Shown here: positions 52,182 through 62,464 of the stretch, piece after piece
Layout: every line of letters begins with the position of its first letter
Position numbering within the stretch: position 1 is the first letter of the stretch
DNA from: an uncultured Desulfosarcina sp.
GTDB taxonomy: Bacteria; Desulfobacterota; Desulfobacteria; Desulfobacterales; Desulfosarcinaceae
DNA length: 64,000 bases
Direction: 5' to 3'
Assembly (NCBI GenBank): GCA_963674945.2
Contig: CAXXWQ010000004.1
Coordinates: forward strand, 960,001 to 1,024,000
The notes under the pieces: generated by a model
What the model was told of the DNA's origin: nothing
Databases searched by the model: none
Seen by the model: only the letters and a program-made list of their open reading frames with translations
Program-made: the position numbers and the translations under genes

Positions 52182-54637
52182 CAGAACACTGCATCTCCGG
52201 GAAAACTATGTGACACCTCCGGCATGATTTGAGGTGCTGCAGCCATTTAGTTCGAATATCATTTGCAGCTCGGTACCGGGGTATTTTACCTGCGCACTGT
52301 TCAGATGCGCAAACAGTTGGCAAAGAGCCCGATTGGCCGCTGGGAACGAAGCGCCGTGCAATCGTATATTCAATTGCTGATTTTCAATATCGGGCAGTAC
52401 ATCGCCTTCGGTCTGGAACAGTGTCTGGAGAAGACTCCGTGCATCCGACGAGTTTACCGTCGGACCCGTGAGCAACCCAACCATTGCCGTCTCTGCACGA
52501 TATGCAATCATACGAACCGTGTCCATCAGGCGTTTTCTGCCCGGTTGTAAACGTAAAAATTTATCTTTTGCTTCAAGTTCTCCCCACGTGATGTGTTTAC
52601 TTGTCTGTTTTCGTTTTTCTTTCAACTCGCTGAGTTGATACTCCATCTTTTCGATTTCTTCTAACAGCTCGGCCTTTTTCTCTATCCACTTCTTAAACTT
52701 TACCGGTTTGTCTTCATTTTCAGGGTGAATGGTCATCTCGGCAAAACAGGCACGACGATATCGTAGCTTGTTCTGCAACGAATTACGGGATTGATTCAAT
52801 TGCCGCCAAACGGGGTTGATTACCCGTTCGGTATCAGGAAATTCAACGACACCATAATCTAAAAGCACATCGATATCAAAATGTTGCATCATATAGTTGA
52901 AAAAGTTTTCCTGACACCACCGGCTGAACATGCGTGCTGCCAATTGAGTATGCGGCAAATCGAAAGCGGTGCTGATTACGCTGGTCTGGTGTCCGGAATC
53001 GGTCAGTTTTCGCACTTGTCGCATCCATGTTGCACCCTTACCAGATCCCACCAAACTACCCATTTCGCAAAGCCGCATCTTCACCACCTCTTTGTTTGGC
53101 ATCGCAACTTCATACTCGGTGAACCAATGCTCCGGCCATGATTCACCAGGATGCTTATGATACGTCATGCAGCCGATTCGATGGCGATCCCACATTTCCT
53201 TGAAGAATGCGGGACTATATCCTTCCCTGTCGAAAACAAGAACGAACCGGCATAAACATGGGTTCTCTTGTAGTTGCTGCAAACCGGGTTGATTCGGAAC
53301 GTCTTGCAACAACCGGGGAACGATATCGTCTCTTAAAACCGCCAATAATCCAGGATCGATCTGCTTTTCGACGACAAAAAAAGGTCGGCCAATCGCATCG
53401 TTAACCCAATAGTCGGTAATGCCCCTCATGCACAATCGTTCCCGGGACACGTAGCGGCGCGGTAGTCGGGTCAATTTTCCATGATAAACACGTACATGCC
53501 CGTCAACATAAAGCGCGCCAACCGATTCGGGCGCCTGTTCCATCCAGTATTTACCGAGGTATGCGGCCCACTTTTCCGCGCCGTGGTCTGCGCTCAACGC
53601 ATCCATCTTGTAACGCAAACAGCGAACCTCCGGTGCACGATCCAAGCCCAATAACTTACCAAATTCTCCCGGAGCATGGCCTCGTATTTTTTCTGTCGTC
53701 TTGATCCTGCATAAGGCCATAAACGAAAGCAGCAACAAGACATGAAAGATCGTGTAATAGCCTTTGACTTGGCCGAGGAACTGTTTTGCGCCGGTAAACA
53801 ACCCGTTTGCCACCAATGACGGTATCGCACAAAGAACGCCTGCTTTGGGAACGTCCAGGCATCTGTCAAAACGAACCGGCGCACCAACCATTTTGCCCAA
53901 TGATGCCAATATGCGTTCCCCGACTCGGTTGCAAGCCGTCCCCATACCATCGGCAGCAGCCATGTCGACCATGTCCCGATCTGATTTGGTTAGACACGGT
54001 TCACCAATCCTTGATTCGATTAACCGACCATCATCTATAGCTTTGCGAAACGTATCGTATTTAATGCCAAGTTCCAGGGCGGCATCTTTTTTCGAGCACC
54101 CTTGATCCAGTAAACGTTGGGCTTGTTCAAGCACCTCAGGTTTGAAAACCTTGCCGCCGCGTCGTCCCCGCCGCTGAACGAAAAATGCCTCGGCGCCGCC
54201 GGACCTGAGTTTGTTCACGGATCGGATGACATTGCTCTTGGATACGCCGAATGTGTTTTGGATATCGATCTGGCGGCAAGCTCCGGATTCAACCAGTTGG
54301 GCTGTTATCATCCGAAACATTCGTTGATCGCCTTGTCTGTGAGAATAAATCGGAACGGTCGATAGAAAATAGGTCCAGGTCGTATCGTCACGAAATACAC
54401 TGACAAGCCCGTTGATTTGTCTTGCACCGCGAGGAATAAGTGGTAGTATCTGTTGAGGCATGGCATCCTTTTCCTTTCATTTATCCGCCAAGATAATAAG
54501 GTTAAAGGTGCCATGTTCATTTTCCGGTTGCAATACCTTACCGGCCTGCTGGATTCAGACTCCTATCTTTCTGTTTTTCAACCACTTACATTATGTTTTG
54601 CTTGCCATATGCAACAATTAGGAAATCAAGTTTCCTG
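52182..54637 (-). mobile_element. 2456-bp insertion sequence (ISNCY-like/unclassified) with 5-bp TSD ATGTT
   Basis: TSD at 52177-52181 and 54638-54642; imperfect IRs CAGAACACTGCATCTCC / CAGGAAACTTGATTTCC. Confidence 0.88.
52206..54461 (-). CDS. Large putative transposase (751 aa)
   Basis: N-terminal HTH; YVDGH, FDREG and RWCQENFF DDE-like motifs. Confidence 0.88.
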   Translation of the reverse strand: MPQQILPLIPRGARQINGLVSVFRDDTTWTYFLSTVPIYSHRQGDQRMFRMITAQLVESGACRQIDIQNTFGVSKSNVIRSVNKLRSGGAEAFFVQRRGRRGGKVFKPEVLEQAQRLLDQGCSKKDAALELGIKYDTFRKAIDDGRLIESRIGEPCLTKSDRDMVDMAAADGMGTACNRVGERILASLGKMVGAPVRFDRCLDVPKAGVLCAIPSLVANGLFTGAKQFLGQVKGYYTIFHVLLLLSFMALCRIKTTEKIRGHAPGEFGKLLGLDRAPEVRCLRYKMDALSADHGAEKWAAYLGKYWMEQAPESVGALYVDGHVRVYHGKLTRLPRRYVSRERLCMRGITDYWVNDAIGRPFFVVEKQIDPGLLAVLRDDIVPRLLQDVPNQPGLQQLQENPCLCRFVLVFDREGYSPAFFKEMWDRHRIGCMTYHKHPGESWPEHWFTEYEVAMPNKEVVKMRLCEMGSLVGSGKGATWMRQVRKLTDSGHQTSVISTAFDLPHTQLAARMFSRWCQENFFNYMMQHFDIDVLLDYGVVEFPDTERVINPVWRQLNQSRNSLQNKLRYRRACFAEMTIHPENEDKPVKFKKWIEKKAELLEEIEKMEYQLSELKEKRKQTSKHITWGELEAKDKFLRLQPGRKRLMDTVRMIAYRAETAMVGLLTGPTVNSSDARSLLQTLFQTEGDVLPDIENQQLNIRLHGASFPAANRALCQLFAHLNSAQVKYPGTELQMIFELNGCSTSNHAGGVT

Positions 54638-55650
54638 ATGTTAGAAAATTTCGAAAACACTTTTAATTCGAATGCAGATGTGGGGTTTTTGCCATCCGGA
54701 TGGTCGCTCTATTATGACAGCGGCAAAGTTGTATTTAATCAAGGGGCAGATAGCCATCATGGAAAATCCAGTCTTCATGCAGATGTACAATACCACCCGA
54801 CTGATTATTCAATTATCGAAACTGTTATTTCAGGGGAACCTGGCAGTACAATAGATTTGCAAATTCAGGTCAAAAGCTTACCTGAAGATGGCGCTATTGC
54901 CCAAATTCGATTTGCCATTTGGGAGGCATTTTCAAACCCTGAAGTTATTATGACTTCATATTCAAATCCCAACAATGAATGGGTTACAATAAGATTAGAT
55001 GAAATAGAAATTGATTCTGATGGCGAATTCATCTTCGAAATCAGTATCGCACAAGTGAACTCCGCCGGATATACGGATGTATATTTTGATTGCCTCACTT
55101 CCAATGATAGTAACCTGCAATTGAAAAATAAAGTGACCGAATTTTCTGTAACGTTTCAAGCGAACGTTGGGGGATCTATAACAGGTGACCTGGTTCAGGA
55201 GGTTCGTGATGGTGGCGATTGTACGCCTGTGACAGCAGTTGCCAATCAAGGATACATGTTCACTGGTTGGAGTGGTGACTATACCGGCACTGAGAACACG
55301 CTAACCATTACCAACGTAACTTCCGACATGACGATTATTGCAAACTTTACACAAACCCGTGGCGGCGTCGATGTCGGTGATGGTGGGGGTGGCGGTGGCT
55401 GCTTTATCAGCACACTGACAAGATAATTATCCCGATTTTCCCTTTTAAAAAAAGACGGTCATCAAAAAATGGGACCGCCATAGTTCTCCTTCGCCTGCAT
55501 TTGTAAACAGTATAAGCGTTGTGATATCAACAACCTGTACGACCTAAAACAGATCTATCGGGATAAGAGGCAATGTCTCACACAGCATCCTGACTGATAC
55601 GAGTGAAAAGAGGGATTGCGGGAAGTATGTTAATTCGCCAGAGATCGCAT

Positions 55651-56271
55651 TCACAGACGAAACGAATCTCGATATTTTTTTGCCAGTGGGTCCTCCCCGT
55701 TCGGAAACATGGCACCGAATGGTTCAAAGACTTCGATATCCGTCAACGTACAAAAGTGCATGCCTTTTTTGCTACCCGTCATCATCAATGGCCTGGCTTT
55801 TTGAACATCCAACCCGCCATTCGAATTGAGGACCTCATCGGCCACTTCCAGGCGCAGCAATTTCCCCATGACCAGCACATAATTTGTCTCTTCATAGGTT
55901 TTGAACAATTCGCATTCCATCCAAGCGTAGCTTCCGGCAATTCCAGGAGCACGAATTGTTTCCGAGGGCTTCTCATTCAATCCTGCCAACTCGAATTCAT
56001 CGACCTCCGGCAGAGAGTACTTTGCCGTGGGGACGACCTTGTCCGAAAAATCGATACCCACCAGATTCACCACGAACTCTCGCGTTTCCCGGATATTGAC
56101 CAACGTATCTCTTCTGAAGGACGAGGCGAGACAAATCAGGTCTAAGGGGCGAAGCACCGGCATGATGCAGGAATAGGGCGCGATGTTTCGCACGCCATCT
56201 TGGCTGAGGGTTGATATCAATGCCACGGGCAGCGGCATGAGGCCTTCTCGCATAAAGGGTTTCAAAATCAT
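55651..56271 (-). CDS. Flavin reductase-like (DIM6/NTAB) protein
   Basis: PLPVALIST, NIAPYS, DTLVNIRETREFVVN motifs. Confidence 0.9.
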   Translation of the reverse strand: MILKPFMREGLMPLPVALISTLSQDGVRNIAPYSCIMPVLRPLDLICLASSFRRDTLVNIRETREFVVNLVGIDFSDKVVPTAKYSLPEVDEFELAGLNEKPSETIRAPGIAGSYAWMECELFKTYEETNYVLVMGKLLRLEVADEVLNSNGGLDVQKARPLMMTGSKKGMHFCTLTDIEVFEPFGAMFPNGEDPLAKKYRDSFRL

Positions 56272-56291
56272 GGTATTTCTCCCCCACTTTT

Positions 56292-56912
56292 TCAAAGACA
56301 ATCCCGGCAGACCCTTTGTCCGCCCGAAGTTTCCATTTTCGAGGGCATGGTGGGCTCACCGCAGATGGCGCAGGGTTCGGAGGGTTCAATGCGGGCTCTG
56401 GGCGGTGGCTCTATTTCCACGGCCGTGATATGGAAAAGTTCTTCCGCGGGAGTTTCAAGGATCTGTCGGGCGCGCTCCAAATGAATCTCATTGAACCGCT
56501 GCCTCTCCTCGTCCGCAATATTGCCGTCAATCACTTTCCGGATCAGTCCCATGTGTTCCTTGTCCGGCCGGAAAGCGTTTGTCCTCAAGGAGACCCTGAC
56601 GCCACTTCCCGTATTCCGGGAAAAGAGTGTCAAGACCATCTTGCCGTGGTCCTTGTAGATAAAATTGCCCTTGCCGAAGGTGCATCCCGTGAGCACCTGC
56701 ACCGCATCGGCCGAGCAGGCGTCCGTCTCCACGACGGCCACCACCTCTTCATCCTCGGCCCGGCTCGCCCGCAAATGGTCCAGCGCAGTTCGAGCCGCCT
56801 TAAAGCCAATGGAGAGGCCCGGGCAAACATGGCCATGAAACGCCTTGCATTTTTTGAAATCCTCGCTGTTCATGATATCGTCTGCTGTCATGATCGGCAT
56901 CCTTTCCATCAA
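56292..56912 (-). CDS. FmdE-family protein with C-terminal Zn finger
   Basis: FHGHVCPG, ETDACSADAVQVLTGCTFGKGN, CAICGE...CRDC motifs. Confidence 0.92.
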   Translation of the reverse strand: MMERMPIMTADDIMNSEDFKKCKAFHGHVCPGLSIGFKAARTALDHLRASRAEDEEVVAVVETDACSADAVQVLTGCTFGKGNFIYKDHGKMVLTLFSRNTGSGVRVSLRTNAFRPDKEHMGLIRKVIDGNIADEERQRFNEIHLERARQILETPAEELFHITAVEIEPPPRARIEPSEPCAICGEPTMPSKMETSGGQRVCRDCL

Positions 56913-58006
56913 TTTACAAACTTCGCTTTTTGTCCGATGGGACCGTAATCGTTCTGCATGCTTTGATATACGGGATTTCCCACTAAAAATGTATAAATTT
57001 CATCCGCTTTTTGTTGCAGGTTCACATCTTCAAACTGCTTTTCGAATAATATTTTCCCAATCGCATAAGCATCGGCCAATGCCGTACAGATGTTGGTCGT
57101 GTACCAGTTAAACGGATGGAGCGTATAGACCCGGCTGGTGGAAAATGCTTTCAACGCATGATAAATTTCCGGTTTCTTCCGATAATCCTCCTGGACGAGA
57201 GCTATTCCGCCGCAATCGATGAAAACAACGTCCGGATTCAATTTCAACAACGTCTCCTTGTCCATGACCACATGGCTGCCGATACTGGCTTGAACATGTT
57301 CGGCAATGTTTCTTGCACCAACCCATGTAAACGGGATATAACGTTTTTCCGTACTTTCAATGCCTTGGATACCGCGGTAACCAATGCCGCCAACATAGAC
57401 TGTCGGTTTCGAATCTTCGGGGATCACCTCGGTCCGCAAGCGCATGTCCTTTCGAAGGGATTCGATATATGCCACAACCTCATCGGCCCGTTTCTCACGG
57501 TTCAAAATTCTCCCGGACGTGCGGATGGCATCGTAGACAGCTTCATCGAAAGTAGCGAAAGCACCATAACTCAATACTACCACAGGAATTCCAACGGTCC
57601 GCGCTACCTCATCCGCCAGTGAGGCGTCCATGTAAGTAATGAATATCACCTGCGGTTTGAGTGCAAGCAAGGCTTCAAGGTCCGGCTTCTTGTTGATGCC
57701 GGCAGGACCGCCCGGTCCGCAACGGGGCAATTTGGAAAGTTCCGGGTGAGCAATCCAGTATGGTCGGCCGCCGGGGTTCATTTTTTCCATATCTTCCACG
57801 CCGACGACTTTCGACGCTGCCTGAAGATAGACAATCAACCGAAGCGCGCCAGGCCCCAAACAAACGATCCGGTCCGGATCAAAGGGGGCTGTCACGTGCC
57901 GCCCGGCCATATCTGTCACCTCGATCGTCCGGGCGGCAGTGCAAATGGTAGATAGCGCCAGTATTACGGCAAGAACGCAGATGGAACAAAGACCGATCTT
58001 CTTCAT
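56909..58006 (-). CDS. Iron-siderophore/cobalamin-type ABC substrate-binding protein
   Basis: VTDMAGRHV, E.LL.LKP and LNPDVVFID helical-backbone fold motifs; signal peptide. Confidence 0.92.
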   Translation of the reverse strand: MKKIGLCSICVLAVILALSTICTAARTIEVTDMAGRHVTAPFDPDRIVCLGPGALRLIVYLQAASKVVGVEDMEKMNPGGRPYWIAHPELSKLPRCGPGGPAGINKKPDLEALLALKPQVIFITYMDASLADEVARTVGIPVVVLSYGAFATFDEAVYDAIRTSGRILNREKRADEVVAYIESLRKDMRLRTEVIPEDSKPTVYVGGIGYRGIQGIESTEKRYIPFTWVGARNIAEHVQASIGSHVVMDKETLLKLNPDVVFIDCGGIALVQEDYRKKPEIYHALKAFSTSRVYTLHPFNWYTTNICTALADAYAIGKILFEKQFEDVNLQQKADEIYTFLVGNPVYQSMQNDYGPIGQKAKFVN

Positions 58007-58023
58007 GTACTTCTCCTTAACAT

Positions 58024-58776
58024 CTATAGGGGCACTACGATGGTATGACCCTCGAATTGTTTTAACGCCACCTCAATACCATAAACATCTCGAATCACCT
58101 TTTCGTTCAACGTTTTCCTGTTTGAAATAAAATGAACTTTTCCTTCTTTTAAGAAGAGGAAAATTTCGGCAAACCGAACTGCGATATTCAGGTCATGAAT
58201 AGCGATAATCGTCGAGATTCCGTAGGTTTTTGAAAGGTCCCGGATCAGACGCATCACTTCGATCTGATTTTTCAAATCAAGGTTGCTTGTGGGCTCATCC
58301 AGCAGAAGAACTTTGGGTGTCTGTGCCAATGCCCGGGCGATGATGACTTTTTGAAGTTGCCCGCCGCTCAGATCACATACACGTCTCATTGAAAGCGATT
58401 CTAAACCAATTCGCTGAAGGATGCTTTCAACGATGGCATAATCTTTTGGCCCGGCTTTTAATCCCATGTGGGGTTTACGACCCATCAGAACCGTCTCGAA
58501 AACGTTCATGCCGGAATCAAAATGGCGCTGGGGCACATACCCGATATGACGGGCGACGTTTGCCCGGCGCATATCGGATATTTTTTTCCCATCCAGCAGC
58601 ACGGTCCCTCGATGAGGAGATAGAATTCGATTCAAGCATTTAAGAAGCGTCGACTTGCCGGCTCCGTTCACCCCCAGGATGCACATCATGGTACCACTTT
58701 CAACGCGAAAACTCACTTTTGAAAGCACGGGATGACTGTTATACGAAAAGCATATGCCGTCTGCGACGAACTTCAT
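58024..58776 (-). CDS. ABC transporter ATP-binding protein (FecE-like)
   Basis: GVNGAGKST, LSGGQ, LLLDEPT, HDLN motifs. Confidence 0.95.
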   Translation of the reverse strand: MKFVADGICFSYNSHPVLSKVSFRVESGTMMCILGVNGAGKSTLLKCLNRILSPHRGTVLLDGKKISDMRRANVARHIGYVPQRHFDSGMNVFETVLMGRKPHMGLKAGPKDYAIVESILQRIGLESLSMRRVCDLSGGQLQKVIIARALAQTPKVLLLDEPTSNLDLKNQIEVMRLIRDLSKTYGISTIIAIHDLNIAVRFAEIFLFLKEGKVHFISNRKTLNEKVIRDVYGIEVALKQFEGHTIVVPL

Positions 58777-59849
58777 TTGTGCTCCTTGACGAGAAAATAG
58801 AGGAACACAGGCGCTCCCAGAAACGAGGTGATCACACCCACCGGCAATGATCCGGAACCGATGAAAAACCGCCCGAAGGTATCGGCGGTAAGCAGCAATA
58901 TTGCGCCCAGAACTGCGGAAAATGGGATTAATATGCAATGATCGTCACCCACAAGACGCCTTGCGGTATGGGGTGCGATCAGACCGAGAAAACCGATGAT
59001 GCCGTGAAAACTGGTTGCCAGGGCAGCAACGATTGTCACGATGGCCATACCGGTGAGACGGATCGTATTCACACTGATACCAAGTCCTTTTGCTGTCTCA
59101 TCCCCTAAGGAAAAGGCATTTAAGTCCCACCGGAATATTACAAGGAAAGTCGAAATCAGAAACACGGCGCCTGCCAGCAATCCGATTTCCTTCCAGCTGG
59201 AACGGGCCACATCCCCGAAGGTCCAAAAAACGACCTGGGCCAGTTCAGTCTCGGTGGCAATGTATTGAATCAGGTAGATTCCCGAAAGAAACAAAGAATG
59301 CATTGCCACGCCTGCCAGAATAATGGCCGTCGGCGAGAGTCTTTTGAATTTTGCCAAAAACAGAATCACAAGGGTTGCGGTCATTCCGCCGGCGAAAGCG
59401 AATGCCGTAACCGAAACCATGCCTGTACCGAATATCACAATGGCGGCAGCGGCGCCGAATGCGGCCCCGTGACTGATTCCGAAGGTAATGGGGGAGCCTA
59501 AGGGATTTCGCAAAAGCGTCTGCAGACATAGTCCCGACAGGGAAAGTCCCCAACCGCAAAGGATGGCAGCCACCACTCTTGGCAGCCGGATATTGGTAAT
59601 CACCACGGCGGTGGTGGCATCGGTGTTGCCAGTCAGTGCGCCGAACAACCCTTTTACAGGGATATCATAGGCCCCTTTTGCAACCGCAAATACGGCGACG
59701 AGAAAAATCACCCCGAGAAACAAAGCCAAGAGATAGTACTTTTTGTGGACGTGTTTCAAATAGACGGACGTAATGGTGCCGGGGGATGCGCCATACTGGT
59801 TGCCGGAATCTTTGATTGTACTGGTAAAATGTTCTATCCCACTTTCCAC
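58773..59849 (-). CDS. FecCD/BtuC-family ABC permease
   Basis: IRLPR, LRNPLG.P, G.IGFLGLIAPH, LPVG motifs. Confidence 0.95.
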   Translation of the reverse strand: MESGIEHFTSTIKDSGNQYGASPGTITSVYLKHVHKKYYLLALFLGVIFLVAVFAVAKGAYDIPVKGLFGALTGNTDATTAVVITNIRLPRVVAAILCGWGLSLSGLCLQTLLRNPLGSPITFGISHGAAFGAAAAIVIFGTGMVSVTAFAFAGGMTATLVILFLAKFKRLSPTAIILAGVAMHSLFLSGIYLIQYIATETELAQVVFWTFGDVARSSWKEIGLLAGAVFLISTFLVIFRWDLNAFSLGDETAKGLGISVNTIRLTGMAIVTIVAALATSFHGIIGFLGLIAPHTARRLVGDDHCILIPFSAVLGAILLLTADTFGRFFIGSGSLPVGVITSFLGAPVFLYFLVKEHK

Positions 59850-59954
59850 ACCAAAATTCCCTCTTCAACGTCTGTCGTGTGGCGAATCAAGCCGTCTTTT
59901 TCATGACAGACCAATTATTTGATCTTAGCTCCATGAATAATTCACAAGTCCGTT

Positions 59955-60015
59955 AAAAATAAAAAAGCCACGAGGTCACGTCGCAGTTCTGGTGCGATGA
60001 AACCTTCGTGGCTTT
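59955..60015 (-). terminator. Intrinsic terminator (attenuator) in the 5' leader of the ABC operon
   Basis: Minus strand AAAGCCACGA...TCGTGGCTTTTTTATTTTT, ~105 nt before the permease start. Confidence 0.75.
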
Positions 60016-60129
60016 GGTGTTCGTTACGAGAGCCCCTCCCTGTCCGGGGATGAGGCCGCTGGCAATCGGTTTCTACGAAATAGTGTGCCTGCAGGCAGTG
60101 TGGTCGGCTTCGGCCGCCGAATGACTGCC

Positions 60130-60159
60130 TTACATATTGAATCGTTCAATGGATGTCAA
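60130..60159 (-). promoter_or_regulatory. Sigma70-like promoter with palindromic operator
   Basis: TTGACA (60154-60159) with a weak -10; ATTGAA-TCG-TTCAAT perfect IR at 60136-60150. Confidence 0.55.
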
Positions 60160-60228
60160 GCGATTCGTCGGCGGTCGTCAATGGATAACAATGGGGTTAA
60201 TGGAACCGTTGTTTGCCAAAAGGTTAGA

Positions 60229-60665
60229 CTACATCTCAAATTGAATCCCGACCACGCCGTTGATGCCGGGCATGGGATAGCCGGGCTGGTACTCGTAGTC
60301 CACATCGGTCAGATTCTCGCCGGCCACGAACAGTTCTCCTTTATATTTGCCGGCCATCCAGTCGAACATGTAGCTGAGTTTGCCGTTAACCAGATAGTAG
60401 CTGTCCACGGTATCGTCGTTCGCGGTATCGGCCCTGCGCGTCTGCGAGTTGACATGGATCGAGGAGACATCAAATCCAGCAAGGGATGATTCCAGACACT
60501 CATGAACATGGGCGCACCACCCACCAGGGTCTTGATTTCTGCCCCCGGTCGGCTCGATCCCATGCCGCGGATGAAAATGCCGCCTCCCTCCGCCCCACCG
60601 AAGGACCCCACCGGATTGAAGCGCGACATGTTGACGCCGGGGGGCTGGCGCAAAGCGGTTTCGAT
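60229..60665 (-). pseudogene. TonB-dependent receptor remnant (plug fragment fused to last beta-strands)
   Basis: ALRQPPGVNMSR...IFIRGMG...HPLLDLMS is joined out of frame at ~60465 to ...GENLTDVDYEYQPGYPMPG...QFEM*. Confidence 0.85.
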
Positions 60666-61307
60666 CCGTTACGATGGAGAACGCCGTGAGGCATCGGCGA
60701 CTTGGCAAGCACCGCCGGAGCGAAAATGGCCACCGACTTGATGGGTGTCATGCACATGCTGACATACGGATGTTTCGATCTCGGATTTCTCAGCGGCGCA
60801 CAGGTCGATAAATTTGGAAATGTCAATTCGACGATAATCGGCGACTATTATCACCCCAAAGTCAGATTTCCCGGCTCAGGAGGCGCGAATGCCATTTCCA
60901 CCTTTTCCAAAAGGCATGTGCTGATAATGGTGCATCGAAAACATCAATTTGTGGATAAGGTTGATTATCTCACTTCTCCCGGATATTTTACCGGCCCAGG
61001 CCAACGCGAAGCGGCCGGTTGTCGCCCGGGCAGCGGGCCTTGCGCGGTTATTACGACATTGGGAACTCTTAAATTCGATGATGAAACCAAAGAAATGTAT
61101 TTGGATACGGTCCATCCGAATGTGACGGTGGAACAAGTCAAGGAAAATACAACCTGGGATCTCAAAGTATCACCCAACGTCGGCGTAACAGAGCCGCCGA
61201 CCGTTGAAGAGATCCGGATTATGCGCGAAGAACTGGATCCTTATGCCATTTACCTCAAGAGGGAAGAATTTCAAAAAAAGGCGATCGAATTTTTAATTAA
61301 CAAATAA
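60663..61307 (+). pseudogene. CoA-transferase beta subunit (GctB-like), 5'-truncated
   Basis: GFLSGAQVDKFGNVNST, PGSGGA and FVDKVDYLTSPG motifs; N-terminus and alpha subunit absent, in-frame TGA near 60687. Confidence 0.8.
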
Positions 61308-61354
61308 GATATTTTTGAACTCAGGGAAGTCTTGAAAGTCTGAAAGCAGTTACG

Positions 61355-62464
61355 TTATGCATAAAACCCGCGTGCATCGACGCGTTCTTTCTCCAGTCCT
61401 TTTTGTGTGAGCAGATAGAACTCGTCATACTGATTGACACAATGACTCACGGCGACGGGAACGATGCTTAGGCGCTGCCCGATTTTCGGTGGCGTTTTGC
61501 ATCGGCTGACGTCGACCCAGCCGTGCTCTTCGTGGAGACGGAAAATGCGCGCCTCGGGATATTCGGGGATAAAGCCCATTTCGAGATTCTCGTGCCGCAA
61601 AAGCTGCTTGGCGGACAAGGCCTTGGCGCCGGCGTCGATGATCACCTGACCGGCAACGACGTCCGAAACCACGGTGGCGATCACGCGGGCCGCACATTCG
61701 TCGAGTGTGCAATGCTCAAATTTTAGGCTGAAATAATCCTGATAAACGGCCGTGCCGGCCCGGATTTCGTTGACGTACTTCACCCGATGGGTGTTGAAAA
61801 TCGACGGGGTCGAGCCGGACGAAACGATTTTGGGTTTGAGGCCGGCGGCACACAAGGCCTCGTGGGCCGGTTCCCACAACCGGTTGATCTGTTTGAAGCT
61901 GTCGGCTGATCCGGCGGCATCGCCGTAAAGGTGACCCAGATAAAGCTGAACGCCGTCGAAGCGAAGGCCCTTGCGATCGGCGGCCAAACGGGCGAGACGG
62001 GTGACTTGTCCGGGATCGGCCACGCCGCAGCGGTGAAGCCCCGCGTCGAACATGATCAGAATACCGATGGTCGATTGATGAACGGCAGCGGCATCTGCCA
62101 GTTGGTCGATCAGATACTCGGTGTCGGCGGCAACACGGATGCAGTGCGTGCACGCCAATCTGGCCAAGGATGTGGCACGCCACTTACCCACCGCCGGATA
62201 GGCGACCAGGATATCGAGATCTTGGATTGCCGACATGACCTTGGCCTCGCCGACCTTGGCCACGGCAATGCCAACGGCCCCGGCCTCGAGCTGCATCCGG
62301 GCAATGCGAAGGGATTTGTGCGTCTTGATATGGGGGCGGACGGCGAACCCGTTGCGGCCCCCATACTCCTGGACCCGCCGGACATTTTTTCTGGCAATGG
62401 CCTCGTCGATCAAGAGGAAAGGCGTTGGAACGGATGCGGTGAAGGCGTCCAGGTTATCGACCAT
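61355..62464 (-). CDS. PLP-dependent fold-type III enzyme (D-threonine aldolase/D-serine dehydratase DSD1-like)
   Basis: TPFLLID, RPHIKTHK (PLP Lys), HRCG, GSTP, DAGAK, EEHG motifs; AAGGAG SD, overlaps the NAS stop. Confidence 0.9.
   Translation of the reverse strand: MVDNLDAFTASVPTPFLLIDEAIARKNVRRVQEYGGRNGFAVRPHIKTHKSLRIARMQLEAGAVGIAVAKVGEAKVMSAIQDLDILVAYPAVGKWRATSLARLACTHCIRVAADTEYLIDQLADAAAVHQSTIGILIMFDAGLHRCGVADPGQVTRLARLAADRKGLRFDGVQLYLGHLYGDAAGSADSFKQINRLWEPAHEALCAAGLKPKIVSSGSTPSIFNTHRVKYVNEIRAGTAVYQDYFSLKFEHCTLDECAARVIATVVSDVVAGQVIIDAGAKALSAKQLLRHENLEMGFIPEYPEARIFRLHEEHGWVDVSRCKTPPKIGQRLSIVPVAVSHCVNQYDEFYLLTQKGLEKERVDARGFYA

Larger units (their letters stand above)
52057..55426 (+). 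pseudogene. Secreted surface protein (InlB-B/Flg_new-like repeat, Gly-rich CFI C-terminal motif) split by an IS
   Basis: Joining 52057-52181 to 54643-55426 restores a 302-aa frame (...ESDLQYM|LENFEN...GYMFTGWSGD...GGGGGGCFISTLTR). Confidence 0.88.
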
